The notes below the pieces were generated by a model. The model did not search any database and had not been told where the DNA came from. It saw nothing but the letters and a program-made list of their open reading frames with translations. This document shows positions 29,100-42,639 of a DNA stretch of 64,000 bases, piece after piece; within the stretch, counting starts at the first letter, position 1; every line of letters begins with the position of its first letter. The position numbers and the translations under genes were made by a program. Source of the DNA: Octopus vulgaris (taxonomy: Eukaryota); assembly GCA_951406725.2 (NCBI GenBank), contig OX597836.1, positions 49,104,001 through 49,168,000 on the forward strand, written 5' to 3'.

Positions 29100-30188
29100 G
29101 ATGCTGCCGTGACGATGATGCTTGTGTTGAAGTGGTAGTGGTGATGATGGTAGTGATGGTGGTGGTGGTGGTGGTAGCAGTGGTGGTGGCGATGACTTTA
29201 ATAGTGACGAAGGTTGGGAGAGATTGCGATGGTAAGAGGGGTGGTGGTGGTGATGAGTTAAGCTTACGATGTGAGAATATGACGGTGGTACAAGTAGTAG
29301 TAGTGGTGATGGTAGTGGTGGTGGTGGTTTTGGCGGTAACGCTTGTGATGATGATGATGATGATGTTTGTGCGGTAGTAGTGATGGTAGTTGCATGAGGA
29401 GGGTGTTGAGGGTTGCGATGATCGTGTTGGAGAGGTGGTAATATAGGGGATGGTGGTGGTGGTGGTTGTGGTGGTGGTTGTGGTGGTGGTAGAGGGTCGA
29501 TGGTGGGGTAGGATGGGGGTGGATGTTCTCTTATTTTTTTTTTCCCCTGTCTTTAAATTGCTGCACGAGTAACACAGCCCCCACCCGCGCCCGCCTCACC
29601 ACCGCCACCGCCACTTCTAACAAACAGTAGCCCTCCCCCAACCCACCCCCCCCTCCACGCGCACACGCGCACGCACGCTTCTGTCAGCACGTGACTTTCG
29701 ACAACATAAATCAATGGAACCGATGATTCTGTGTACACACGCGCGCTCGTGTGTGTGTGTGTGTGTGTGTGTGTTTGTGTGTGTATGTGTGTGTGTGTGT
29801 GTGTGCGTGAGTGTGTGTGTGTGTGTGTGTGCGTGTGCATATGATTTTCCCTTAAAGGGTATCCATATATGTATTTGTATATATATGAGTGAATTCATAT
29901 ATGTATATATATGTATGTACGTATGTATGTGTATATGTAGGAGTGTGCATTATGTGTGTATGAAAGAGACCCTTCATTTTATATGTGTGTGTGTGTGTCT
30001 ATACACATGCACACACACACACACACAATTTGGTACGTTAAAAAGTTCCTCCAATTTAGAAATGATTTTGTTAATTAGTCAACCTCCAGAAACCAGTGTC
30101 AGATTACAAATGAGAGAGTTTAAAACTCTATTAGTGACTCTGTACGTTCAGAGAGGAAAAGAGGTTGGTTTGGAGTCGGAATATATTA

Positions 30189-30224
<36 letters not shown>

Positions 30225-30364
30225 ACACTCAAACATACATGCATGCTCACACGCATACGTACACATATATACATACATCTACACGTGTATGTATATAAAT
30301 ATGTGCGTGCGTGCATAGCCACTATACCTTTTTCCATTTTCTCTCCCTGTTTATTTCTGTGTTC

Positions 30365-30400
30365 CCTTCTGTCGAAGAGCATAGGCTCGAAACGTTAAAG
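30365..30400 (+). ncRNA. Minimal hammerhead-like motif, CUGUCGA variant
   Basis: CCUU-CUGUCGA-A-GAGC/AUAG/GCUC-GAAAC-GUU-AAAG; the host element ends about 90 nt downstream in (TA)n. Confidence 0.5.
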
Positions 30401-30483
30401 ACTTTCTCAATTCCCGAACGTTAAACTAATACATCTGTTTGTTGCTTAGACACCCGTCCTCGTCTTTTGAGATTTGTAAATTC

Positions 30484-30566
<83 letters not shown>

Positions 30567-31082
30567 GTATGTATACGGAATGTGTTGAGTCAAACTTATC
30601 GAAGTATATATACATAAATACAAAATAAAGCTTAAATTTTAATCAGCAGAGTAGAAGTGTACAAGACTTTCGTAAAGTTCAGCACTTTGTGACTATAATA
30701 GCTGTTATTGGGGGAAGAGGGAGAGAGAGAGAGAGAAGTAGTAAGGAAGGAGGAATGTTGGAGAAGAACCGGTGATTGCCAGAATCAGAGTGAGGTGGGA
30801 GGGGGAGTTACCGGCTTTGGGTGGTGGAGGCGGTGGGTGAGGGAGTTGAAGAATAACGCAAAGAGGAGAGAGAAGCATGGAGAATGTACGTGGTTGTTAG
30901 GTAAAGAAGGGGGTGGTTTAAGGGTGGGGTGGAGTGGTTAGAGTAGGAAGGGGAGGGAGACACGAAGAAGAAGAAGAGGGAGAGGAGGAGGGGAGGGAAA
31001 GAGAGAAAGCATGTTTCTGTGGAAAAGTTCTGGAACAATGCAATGGAATCTGCTTCTTGTTAAAATGGAAGTGTTTATATAT

Positions 31083-31119
<37 letters not shown>

Positions 31120-31280
31120 TGTACGTGTGTGTGAGAGGGAAAGAGTGTGTATGCATGTATGTGTGTGTGTGTATGTGTATGCAGAGAGAGAGAGAGAGAG
31201 AGAGAAAGAGTGTGTGTGTATGTGTGTGAAGCTAATATTGTTGTACCCATGTAATGGATACACACGTGATACATACATGC

Positions 31281-31336
<56 letters not shown>

Positions 31337-31765
31337 GGCATTTCCAAGATTCTCCATTCCAGTGTTATACACTTTGTATGCGTATGTTGGTACGGCATGC
31401 GCATATATATATAGATAATGTGTAATAACACCTCGTACACACATACACACACACACACACACACACAAGCATGCACATGTATAATTACCACATGTATGCA
31501 TGTTGCATCATCTACACCACGCTCTCTCTCTCTCTCTCTCTCTCTCTACATCGACATACCCCTAACACATTCATACACACGTATGCATGCATATATCTAT
31601 ACACATGGTTCCTACATACAGACATACGCAGGCGCCTTCTGCATACACGCATGCCTCCCTACATGCACACACTCATACATTCATATATCTACATATATGC
31701 ATACAATACACACACACACACACGTACGCGCGCACGTACAACACTGCATATTGCTATTTGTACAA

Positions 31766-31847
<82 letters not shown>

Positions 31848-31851
31848 TATA

Positions 31852-31893
<42 letters not shown>

Positions 31894-32230
31894 TTATATA
31901 TATATATATGCATATGCGATATGCATGCATGTGTGTGTTTGTGTGTGTGTGAGCTGTCACAAACTGTTGCGTTTTGGAGTGAATTATTACATAAGTTATC
32001 GAGCCATTTATAGCAATAATAATAATAATAATAATAGACGTGAGCAGAGACTAGGTGGCGGTAATGCCGTGCCCGGAGACTAACAATTAGTAAAGACTTG
32101 AATAAAGTGACTGAGTTTTCCTTGCTTTAAGCCTCCAACTTCGCAATCTTCCCACACGAACATAATTACACACACATATATGATATACATTATATAATGT
32201 GTGTGTGTGCGTGTGTGTGTCTGTGTGTGT

Positions 32231-32285
<55 letters not shown>

Positions 32286-32498
32286 AGCCAACGACAGACT
32301 CTATGAAGCAATTCGATCAGCTAAAAATGGTAGTCAAATTTCCCTCATTTTTAGAATATGATATATATATAATCTGAAGTGGTACTGATTCCTTAAAAGT
32401 AGAATACAGAAGAATTGGCCATATTTGGAACGCTTTCATTAGATGTTTAATGCTTGTGGATGATATAATATATATATCATCCACAAGGATTAAACATC

Positions 32499-32529
<31 letters not shown>

Positions 32530-32646
32530 AGGCTTCCAATTCACCGCCTACAACTTTGTATATCTTCCGCTTAATGTTATCAGCTGGTTACCGCATATCT
32601 AATATACGTGTGTGCGTGTGTACGCATTATGTATGCAATTATATAC

Positions 32647-32681
<35 letters not shown>

Positions 32682-33526
32682 TATTAAATGCATGTATGAT
32701 ACTGTGTGCGTGTGCGCGCGGTAAGAGATATGCAACGTTTTATAGAGTTAGATAAGCGTGCACGTGCGCGCGAACACACACACACACACACACATCAGGC
32801 AAAGCACCACCACCGCTACCCCCTTCTCTTCCCACCCCATCCCACCCTTTGCGGATAAATCACGTGAATGTATCCCTAACCACGAGGAAGTAATTTCGAC
32901 ATTAACCCCCCCCCCCCCCTCCTCGACACACAATACTCTTTCCCCTTCTATTATATAGCCGTAACCATGGTTACTGCTGGACACACACACACATACACAC
33001 ACGCGCGCATGCACATTTACACGCATATACACACACAGAGGCACGCACGAGACAACGAGGGAGCCTTTTATGCGGTCTCATGATCAGCTAGAAATAGCAG
33101 CCAAATCTCATCAAATCCCATCTTTACCATTTTATAAAGGAAGAGTAGAAGCTGTTGTTGTTCAGTCCTATATGTCAACCCGTGCTCGATAAAAGGTGTT
33201 CCAGCCATGACTATCCCATCTCAAACTACGTGAACTCCATGTATCCTTCCTTTTTACAAATACCGATGTGCATTCAATGAGATTTGGCTATGATTTCTGT
33301 GCAACGACATAAAGGTCTCCGATGTTAGTTCCAGAATCATGTGATCCCGGAGGAAAAAAAAAGCGGGACGGTCACGGTTGTAATGTCTTTTATGAAAGGA
33401 CTGTTTGACCAGTGCTGTTGACCTGGGGCTAAACAACAATAAATACACACGCACACACATACACGCTCTTAGTTACAAACCTACTTTATTTAAGCGAGTA
33501 TACATTTACTTACACCCTTTGCATGT

Positions 33527-33561
<35 letters not shown>

Positions 33562-33782
33562 ATATATATATACATAAGCCTGCTTACATACAATTATACA
33601 AATGCACACACACTCTTTACATTCTGTTGTCGTAATCCGTGCAGTGGTCACGTGCCGCCTGAACCCATCTTCACAATGGGAATATCTACAGCCCCGTGGT
33701 TAACAAGTCAGGTACACATTCATGCAAGGCCAGGTTCGATCCTGTTGCTGGATGTATGTACGTGTGTGTGTGTGTGTGTGTA

Positions 33783-33948
33783 CAGGGCCGGACCTAGGGT
33801 TGCTGGCGCCCCGGGCAAGCTGAACTTCGACATGTACAAGCTGACAGTCGTGGAAATTTCCTTGTCTTTGTCACGCCCTCCTACGCGCCTCTTAGTACAT
33901 GGCGCCTCGGGTCACTGCCCGAGTTGCCAGCACCTTGAGCCAGCCCTG
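33783..33948. mobile_element. hAT-type MITE
   Basis: Termini CAGGGCCGG...CCAGCCCTG with subterminal GGCGCC motifs, inserted at a TG/TA microsatellite boundary; TSD ambiguous. Confidence 0.6.
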
Positions 33949-33994
33949 TATATATATATATATATATATAAATGAGGATAATATCGATATATAA

Positions 33995-34216
33995 ACTCTT
34001 TTACTCTTTTACTCATTTACTTGTTTCAGTCATTTGACTGCGGCCATGCTGGAGCACCGCCTTTAGTCGAGCAAATCGACCACGGGACTTATTCTTTGTA
34101 TGCCCAGTACTTATTCTATCGGTCTCTTTTGCCGAACCACTAAGTGGCGGGGACGTAAACACACCAGCATTGGTTGTCAAGCAATGCTAGGGGGACAAAC
34201 ACACACACACACACAT

Positions 34217-34287
<71 letters not shown>

Positions 34288-34447
34288 TATACATATATAC
34301 GACATGCTTCTTTCAGTTTCCGTCTACCAAATCCACTCACAAGGCATTGGTCGGCCCGGGGCTATAGCAGAAGACACTTGCCCAAGATGCCACGCAGTGG
34401 GACTGAACCCGGAACCATGTGGCTGGTTAGCAAGCTACTTACCACAG
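33995..34447 (-). mobile_element. SINE family A, near full length
   Basis: Reverse complement of 61459-61860 with a (GAGTAAAA)n-type tail. Confidence 0.85.
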
Positions 34448-34880
34448 CGTTGTGAGTGTTTATTGAGCGAAAACACCTAAAGCTCCACAAGGCTCCGGCA
34501 GGGGTTGGTGGTGAACCCTGCTGTACTCTCTCCCCACAATTTTCTCTCACTCTTTCTTCCTGTTTCTGTTGTATCTGTATTTCAAAGGGCCAGCTTTGTC
34601 ACACTCTGTGTCACGCTGAATCTCCCCGAGAACTACGTTAAGGGTACACGTGTCTGTGGAGTGCTCAGCCACTTGCACGTTAATAAATGAGCTGCGAAGT
34701 CACTGGTGCCAAGCTGTATCGGTCCCTTTGCCTTTCCCTTGGATAACATCGGTGGCGTGGAGAGGGAGGCTGGTATGCGTGGGTGGGTGCTGGTCTTCCA
34801 TAAATAATCTTGCCCAGACTTGTGCTTCGGGGGGTAACTTTCTAGGCGCAATCCCATAGTTATTCATGACCGAAGGGGTC
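34447..34880 (+). mobile_element. Composite SINE: family D body, alternative tail, family C 3' part
   Basis: 34447-34568 matches the body of 14112-14480; 34580-34683 matches 57810-57925 (-); 34685-34880 matches 5962-6160 (-). Confidence 0.7.
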
Positions 34881-35070
34881 ACAACACAATGTATGTATGT
34901 ATATATACTCTTTTACTCTTTTATTTGTTTCAGTCATTTGACTGTGACCATGCTGGAGCATAGCCTTTAGTCGAGCAGTCGACCCCAGGACTTATTCTAT
35001 CGGTCTCTTTTGCCGAACCGTTAAATTACGTGGACATAAACACACCAGCATCGGTTGTCAAGCGATTTTA

Positions 35071-35219
35071 ATATTAAAACTGCATGAACATCACAAAAAA
35101 AAACTATTCAGAGTTTCCCTTTCCCGCTCGTCAGACAGATGTGATCACAACTACCCGACGAATGGGAACGTGAAACTCTGAGAAGCAGTCTTTTTGTGAT
35201 GTTCTTGCAGCTGTAATAT
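35071..35219. repeat. Diverged fold-back with a degenerate hammerhead in each arm
   Basis: Axis TGTGATCACA (35140-35149); left arm (-) CUGU-CUGACGA-GCGGGAAAGG-GAAACUCUGAAUA; right arm (+) CCGACGA-AUGGGAACGU-GAAACUCUGAGAAGCAG. Confidence 0.65.
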
Positions 35220-35328
35220 ATAAAACACACACACACACACACATATTGTTGAAATTTAAAGAAAAACAAAAGAGGAAGACAGGTGTATGAACATCAAGCA
35301 AGATTGACACTCAGGAAAATGAAAAAGT

Positions 35329-35364
35329 CTTTTACGTTTCGAGCCTACGCTCTTCGACAGAAAG
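35329..35364 (-). ncRNA. Minimal hammerhead-like motif, CUGUCGA variant
   Basis: CUUU-CUGUCGA-A-GAGC/GUAG/GCUC-GAAAC-GUA-AAAG. Confidence 0.6.
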
Positions 35365-35734
35365 GAATGAGAAAATAAACAGAGAGAAAATGAAAAAAGC
35401 TTGTAGATTTCAGCGGTCACTGCAATTGTTTTAACACATCTAGCATCGATCCCTCACGGGTGGGATAATTAACATCTGGTTCAGGAGCATCCGACGGTGC
35501 AGGGGTGTCTCTTCGAGTGATAAATAGATAAAACTCATTCCGCAATGTATCTCCTCAGTTCGAATAAATAAAAGCAGCAAATTAAAAGATATAGCTTCAT
35601 TTATATGGAAGATCAATAATAAAATAACGGATACAAAAAAGAAACGAACGCGCAATACAGCATATATATGTGACCGCGTGTTGACGATTTTTTTTTCCTC
35701 CGTCTTCCCTTCTCTGGATCTTTCCTTTTCCTAT

Positions 35735-35769
35735 GTTTCTGACGAAGAGCTCCGCTCGAAACGTAAAAC
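35735..35769 (+). ncRNA. Minimal type I hammerhead ribozyme (Penelope-type)
   Basis: GUUU-CUGACGA-A-GAGC/UCC/GCUC-GAAAC-GUA-AAAC: canonical core, palindromic ACGU in place of helix III; element ends in (TA)n at about 35870. Confidence 0.75.
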
Positions 35770-36206
35770 CCTCCTTCTTCCCTTCCTTCCTGAGCGTCCA
35801 ATAATACTATATTTGTTCCACGTCCTCGCGTTATTGTGTTTTCTCTTTGTGTTTTCATGTTTGGATTAACTATATATATATATATACATAATAAAATTTT
35901 GAGGATCCGATAGGTTTAGGTATTTAAATAGTAACAGCACCAAGATAGAGTCGGGGATAGAGCACCAGTGCACTAACGTTCGTACTGACATATACGTACT
36001 TACTAAAGCCAATACGGGTTTGTTTTTCCACTAACCCTACACCTAACACATTCACTAGCACTGACTGAATACATAACGTGTATTCAAAGTCACACAGAAG
36101 TTGCACTTACGGCACTTATTCCACGGTATATAATAGGGTCCTGATCCAAACGGGTTGAAGATTCCGTGTTAGATGAAAAATAACGAATAATACAGATAGA
36201 TTAAGG

Positions 36207-36291
36207 TTCACTACAGCTGTTTCAAACGTATTCTTTATTGAAGAACAAAAGTGTCACATCATGCAAAAAATAACCGTTTTCTTCAGGTGAA
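36207..36291 (-). ncRNA. Type I hammerhead ribozyme with a long helix-II loop
   Basis: UUCAC-CUGAAGA-AAACG...(about 46 nt)...CGUUU-GAAAC-AGCU-GUA-GUGAA: perfect 5-bp helices I and II, palindromic ACAGCUGU. Confidence 0.75.
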
Positions 36292-36353
36292 TAAAGAGAA
36301 AATTTAACACTTAGAGTCTCTCACAGTCTAGGACATAGTATCTATCATACGCA

Positions 36354-36446
<93 letters not shown>

Positions 36447-36859
36447 GGAAATTATTTAGATTTGGGTACAGGTCTAGTTGTATGCTGAAGAAAGCACTTC
36501 CACCATTTCGGCTACTTGATGTCATCCACTTGATCTAGGCCAGGAATTCTGCAGTCTTCGTTGAGCTTAAAATGAATTAGGGAAACGGAAAATAGATTGA
36601 GTAGGAGTCATTAATAAAGATTCTTGCTAAATACATTTTCCATTCTACTCATTCATTATATATATATAGTGATTTTTCGGTACAAGTACGTAAACTGGCC
36701 AACAAAGTGAATTGAGAGTTATTTATGACGATGATAGAGTGGAGGTATTAAATCTACATCTCAAAATTTTTTTTAATATTTTCAGAGAAAATATATTTGT
36801 ATGTACAAGTGATATACAGCAATTATCGCAAACTAAAACCACACGTGCAGTTATTGAAT

Positions 36860-37052
<193 letters not shown>

Positions 37053-37341
37053 GGAAAGCCTGCAGGCGCATTACCTGATTTCTCGCCAAACTGCGAATGA
37101 TTTATTCGTAAAAATTTATTTCTGCTGTTCAAATCCAGAAAATTGAAAGGTAATGATTCCAAGGGGTTGGTGGGCGTGATGGGCGATGGGCGGTGGGGGA
37201 TTCCAAGCCATGTCGAACTTATCCACTGGTCGAATGTCATAAATAGATCATTTTTGTGGGCAAGACGCCATTTGAATTTTGAGGCCCTTCTTACGTACAA
37301 ATAATCAATCAACACATACCACACACACACACACACACACA

Positions 37342-37375
<34 letters not shown>

Positions 37376-39233
37376 TAAAACAGTTTGATTTGGTCCCTTA
37401 CAGAAACGCAGCTGTCCGGGCTGAGGTAGCCGAATGCAGAGACGCAGGAAGTGTGGAATCTGTGCTGCTACGGGTTTCCGGTGGTCATCTCGGACTTCCT
37501 GCGCCTCTGACCGAAAAGCTGCGTTTCTGTAAAGGAATCCAGGAAAGTTGCAACCTGCAACATCAAAACCGTTTTAAATAATGGTATTCTTTTACTCTTT
37601 TACTTCAGTCACTGAACTGTGGCCATACTGCAGCACCGCCTTTAGTCGAACAAATCGACCCCAGGGCTTATTCTTTGTAAGCTTAGTACTTATTCTATCG
37701 TACTCTTTTGCCGAACCGCTAAGTTACGGGGACGTAAGCACCAACATCCGCTGTCAAGCGATGGTGGGGGAACAAATACAGACACACAAACACATATATA
37801 ATTCTTCAAATTTATATATATAGGAAGAAGTATGGTAAGTACAAGATGCAGTCCATATCATTTGTTCCCTACGCACGTTTCGTCATTGTGGCTGTTAGCA
37901 ACCTCTCTGCACCGGGACTGCACTGTGCACTTGGATGCAGATCCACAAGAGTTCTTCAGGGAGAACGCGTCTTTACATTATGTTGACGCCACTAGTAGCA
38001 TACCTTCATCTAATTGTACAGGAAATGCTGCACAAATATCTATCTATTATCTATCTATCAAGTGACAAAAGCTTGTGCAACTGCTCACTGACAGCAGAGA
38101 GTTTAGCTTAATGGTAAGTACTCAGTCGGTCTCTGAGAGATGTAGGTTCGAGTCTTGTAGCTGTTTGATGACGACTGCAACGGTAATAATAATGCACATT
38201 TTTTCTGCTGTTTTCACGGCAATCATGCGTTCGAGATATTACTTTCTTGTCTGTATAATACGAAACATACATACATACATACATGCATACATACATACAT
38301 ACATACATACATACATACATACATACATACATGCATACATACATACATACATACATACATACATACATACAAACATACATACATACATACATGCATGCAT
38401 GCATGCATGCATACATACATACATACATGCATGCATGCGTACATACATACATACATACATACATACATACATACATACATACATGCATACATACATACAT
38501 ACATACATACATGCATGCATACATACATACATACATACATACATACATACATACATACATACATACATACATACACCCATACACACATACATACATGCAT
38601 ACACACATACATGCATACACCCATACATGCATACACCCATACATACATACATACATACATACATACATACATACATACATGCATATATACATACATGCAT
38701 ACACACATACATGCATGCACGCATGCATGGTGGTTGTCTACTCCTTATGCAGAGTCTGACCACCTCCTGTACCTTCACCTTAGATCCATCATGGCGTCAG
38801 ATGTGGCTTTTTTTTTAAGCCAATGTATTCAAAAGGCACCCACATAGATTGCATATCCGATTAAGACCGCCAAGAGCTACAGTTAAGTTCTGATCTTTGT
38901 GGATCTTAAAATGTCTTTTGAGCCCTCAGTTAGATTTGCAGACCATCTGGCATACACTGCATTGAAGGGTGTGCACAGTCATATAGGCAGAATAGTTGGT
39001 GGAGGTTCGTTTTTCGTGGGTGCTCAAATGAGATCTAAGGCCAGCAAAAGAAAGACATGGTCTGTCACAAACTGGTCATGGTGCGCACAAAAAGGTCATT
39101 GTGATTCACCTTTTCGATCGTAAGTCTTCTTTAGATCTCTCTTCAGTCTTGCATGCGTTATCCTGGCCCCTCCAAACCCTTTCACTCCACTCCACACTTT
39201 TGTTCGCCATCCATTTAAATTACATATCTTTTA

Positions 39234-39287
<54 letters not shown>

Positions 39288-39479
39288 AATCTTGTCTCAT
39301 TTTAAAATGTTTAAGTAACATACGTATCTACATACATACATAGATACATACATACATACATACATGCATTAATACATACATGCATATATACATACATACA
39401 TACATACATACATACATACATACATACATACATACATACATACATACATACGTGCGTCCATACATATGTATGTATACGA

Positions 39480-39960
39480 ACCTTTAGTAACTTGGGTCTT
39501 CTGGAAGAGCTGTTCGGTTGTAATGAAAGTGTCATTTCGATTAAACCCGGCAAAAAGTTTCCTGGCATTCGTCGCTTTTGTAGATGATCCGAAGAATTCA
39601 TGTCCATTAACGTTGGTGCTCCAGCATGAACGCAGCCGCTTGGCTGAAACTAGTAAAAGAATGAAGTAAAAGGACACAGTTGTGAAATCCTCCTTCATAC
39701 AGTTTTGGAATCTCCCTGCGTACACTTGTGGAAGGAAGAGATTGGTAAGCATTCTAACAAGGCCAGAGATATAATAGCAGAACGAGCTGAAAATGGCATC
39801 AAAGATCGCCGATTTCCCATGGTAAAAGTGTTAATCGACTTGGCGTTGGATTCCAAATTGTGTCTGTATTTCTCTTTGGCGTCTCTGGAAAGATGCGCCA
39901 AAGTGAAGAAGAGGCCAATCAATGAGTCACCTTCAGTTCGATGGGTTCTTCTTGTTTGGA
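39480..39960 (-). pseudogene. Possible decayed CR1/L2-group LINE ORF2 fragment
   Basis: Peptides LFFTLAHLSRDAKEKY and NGHEFFGSSTKA...KLFAGFNRNDT recall the EN-RT linker of CR1-group LINEs (recognised from memory); interrupted by a SINE A tail at about 39612-39668. Confidence 0.3.
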
Positions 39961-41825
39961 TGATTTAGGAAATAGTGCGAAGATTCCGTTAAAATGTCGA
40001 ACGATTTTGACAGAGTACAAAAAGAAACTCCGTAAATAAAAGGCCAAGTTACAGGATTTGTTTGAGGGATCCGAAAGACAGAATAAAAGTAGAAGGTTGT
40101 CAAACGAGAAACAAAGAAGTGAGTAATAGCAGGAGACGGGCCCTACTGTCACTAAGAAAGAGAGAGGTGGGTAGCGGAATTGAAACGAGAATGAACTGTA
40201 GTAACAGCTGTTAGAGTAGACAGATGGACAAACAAAGAGAGTCGATAGTGAAACGGGTGTAGAACCAAGCATCCGGATGTAAAAGACAGTTCGGTGTTTT
40301 GGTATCGATTAGAGTTGAAACAATAAAGCGACCTGCTGCTGCTGCTTGTATTGGAATTACAAATGAAAAATTACGAAGATCAATTAGACAATTAGAAAAC
40401 TCGCAGAAATAATTAAGGATCTTTACAAAGAATGTTATTGAAAGAATTACCTTATAAGGCTTATATAAGGATATTGCAATGGATGTTTGCATAATTCATG
40501 GCCGACTTAAATAAACAAGCGTTTCCGGAGCAGGACATTGACAAATAAACCAAAAACACATGTATGTTTGCATGAATATTTGAATGTATTCATGTATGTA
40601 CGTACGTATGTATGTATGTGTGTATGTATGTATGCATGTATGTATGTATGTATGTATGTATGTATGTACGTACGTATGTATGTATGTGTGTATGTATGTA
40701 TGCATGTATGTATGTATGTATGTATGTATGTATGTATGTATGTATGTATGTATGTATGTATGTATGTATGTGTGTATGTATGTATGCATGTATGTATGTA
40801 TGTATGTATGCATGTATGTATGTATGTATGTATGTATGTGTGTATGTATGTATTATATACACTGCAGTTTCGGGTATAGTTTTCATTTTCTGTTGATTAA
40901 TTGTCGAAACAATAAGGAAGTGTGGATTGATATACGAGATGGGTGTACCATGTATTGAGTGCGTCATATTTGATAATGTTGTGAAGCTACGCTGCCGTAT
41001 GGCGCATTCAAGCTTCCTATAAGACACCAATCCAATACTGGGTTCAATTCTCTCAGTTAAACCCTTGCCCCACAAAATCTGTAGGCATTGTGCCTGTTAG
41101 AAATGCTTTGTAGTATTCCTTCCGACTCTCAATATTACAGGTTCAAATCGCACTAAAACCTACTTACCTTTTCACCCATTCGAGGCCCCACAAAATAAAA
41201 TACCAGTAAAATACTTGGGTCAATGCTACCCACTAAACACGAGTCTCACAATGCTGCTGGCCTTATTTGGAAACAGTTGGTGTTATGCTTTCTTAAAGTT
41301 CGAAGTTCAAATCTTGGGTTCCATGTTTATTTTATTTTATTGTATTTGAAAATTAAAATCCCGAAGAAGCAGAAACGGTAAAGCATCGGATTAGATGTAT
41401 TTCAGAACTTAGTCCGTTAACGTTGTGAGTTTGAATGCGTCGAGGAGCAAACGATTCAACTGATGGACCAATACCAATATAAGTCAGCAATACATACCAG
41501 TAATATACTGGGAACAGTCGATTTAACTGACTATACTTCAGTTTTATGAAATTTGCGACTCAGTACCCGAACATTGCTGAGCAGCCATGTTCGGACATTA
41601 AAAGAATGGAAAACAAATTGGTCAGTGACGATGGTTCTTGAGAAATTGGTTTAACACAACCTTGTTTCAGGCATTTGACTTCAGCAAAGGATCCAGCTGT
41701 GTGCAGTCCTGCGACTCTTCCCGATAAATTGTTTACCTATGGATCAATGGTTCGAACCGTCCCTCGTCTTATGGAACTAAGGGGCTTTTATCAGATCGTC
41801 CAATCATGTCGTATACTGATAGAAT

Positions 41826-41858
<33 letters not shown>

Positions 41859-42182
41859 CTGTTACTCAAAGTTCGGTTTTGTTCCTCCCCACTTCTACCC
41901 ACCCACTCTTTCTTCTAGACGCCGGCGACTATTTGTAGTTAGTCACCTCCAACAACGACCACCACCCCGAATTATCTGCATGCGAGAGTTAGCCACATGC
42001 AACCCTACACACCTCACGCCGCCCCCTGCACTGACCCCATCGACTGAAGACGTAGAAATCATTCTATAAAGGGAGCATCTCTGTCCTGGTCCCAGCCAAC
42101 TACATACGGACGGACTGGAGGGATTACACTCACTTGACATCCGGAAATTAATATTGTGACCCTCTCTTCAACAACAACAACA

Positions 42183-42235
<53 letters not shown>

Positions 42236-42639
42236 AGGGACTATACTGAAGGTGGTGGTGGTGGTGGTCGTCGTCGTCGTTGTTGTTGTTGACGATGGTA
42301 GCGGTGGTGACTTATTAGCCATTTGGGCGACGGATGAGGAGGACGATACAAAGAGGGACATAAAATGTGAGGGACTTCTGCAGAAACGAAAGACTTACAA
42401 AATGAAATATAAGTATATATGGTATACATTAAAAAAGTCGTTGTTGATGATGATGGTGGTGGTGGTGGTGGTGGTGGTGGTGATGATGATGATGGTGGTG
42501 GTGATGATGATGATGATGGTGGTGGTGATGATGATGATACAATACTTTAAGACTAATCGAGGAATCCCCAATCTCCACCAGTCCAAGACTTCCCAGAGCA
42601 CCAAGTGCCCTCTCCAATTGTCGTTCTCTGGCTTAAAAC

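Noticed and set aside
39110-39150. CUGAAGA...GAUC/GAUC-GAAA on the minus strand
   Set aside because: No UH site or helix I/III pairing; probably chance
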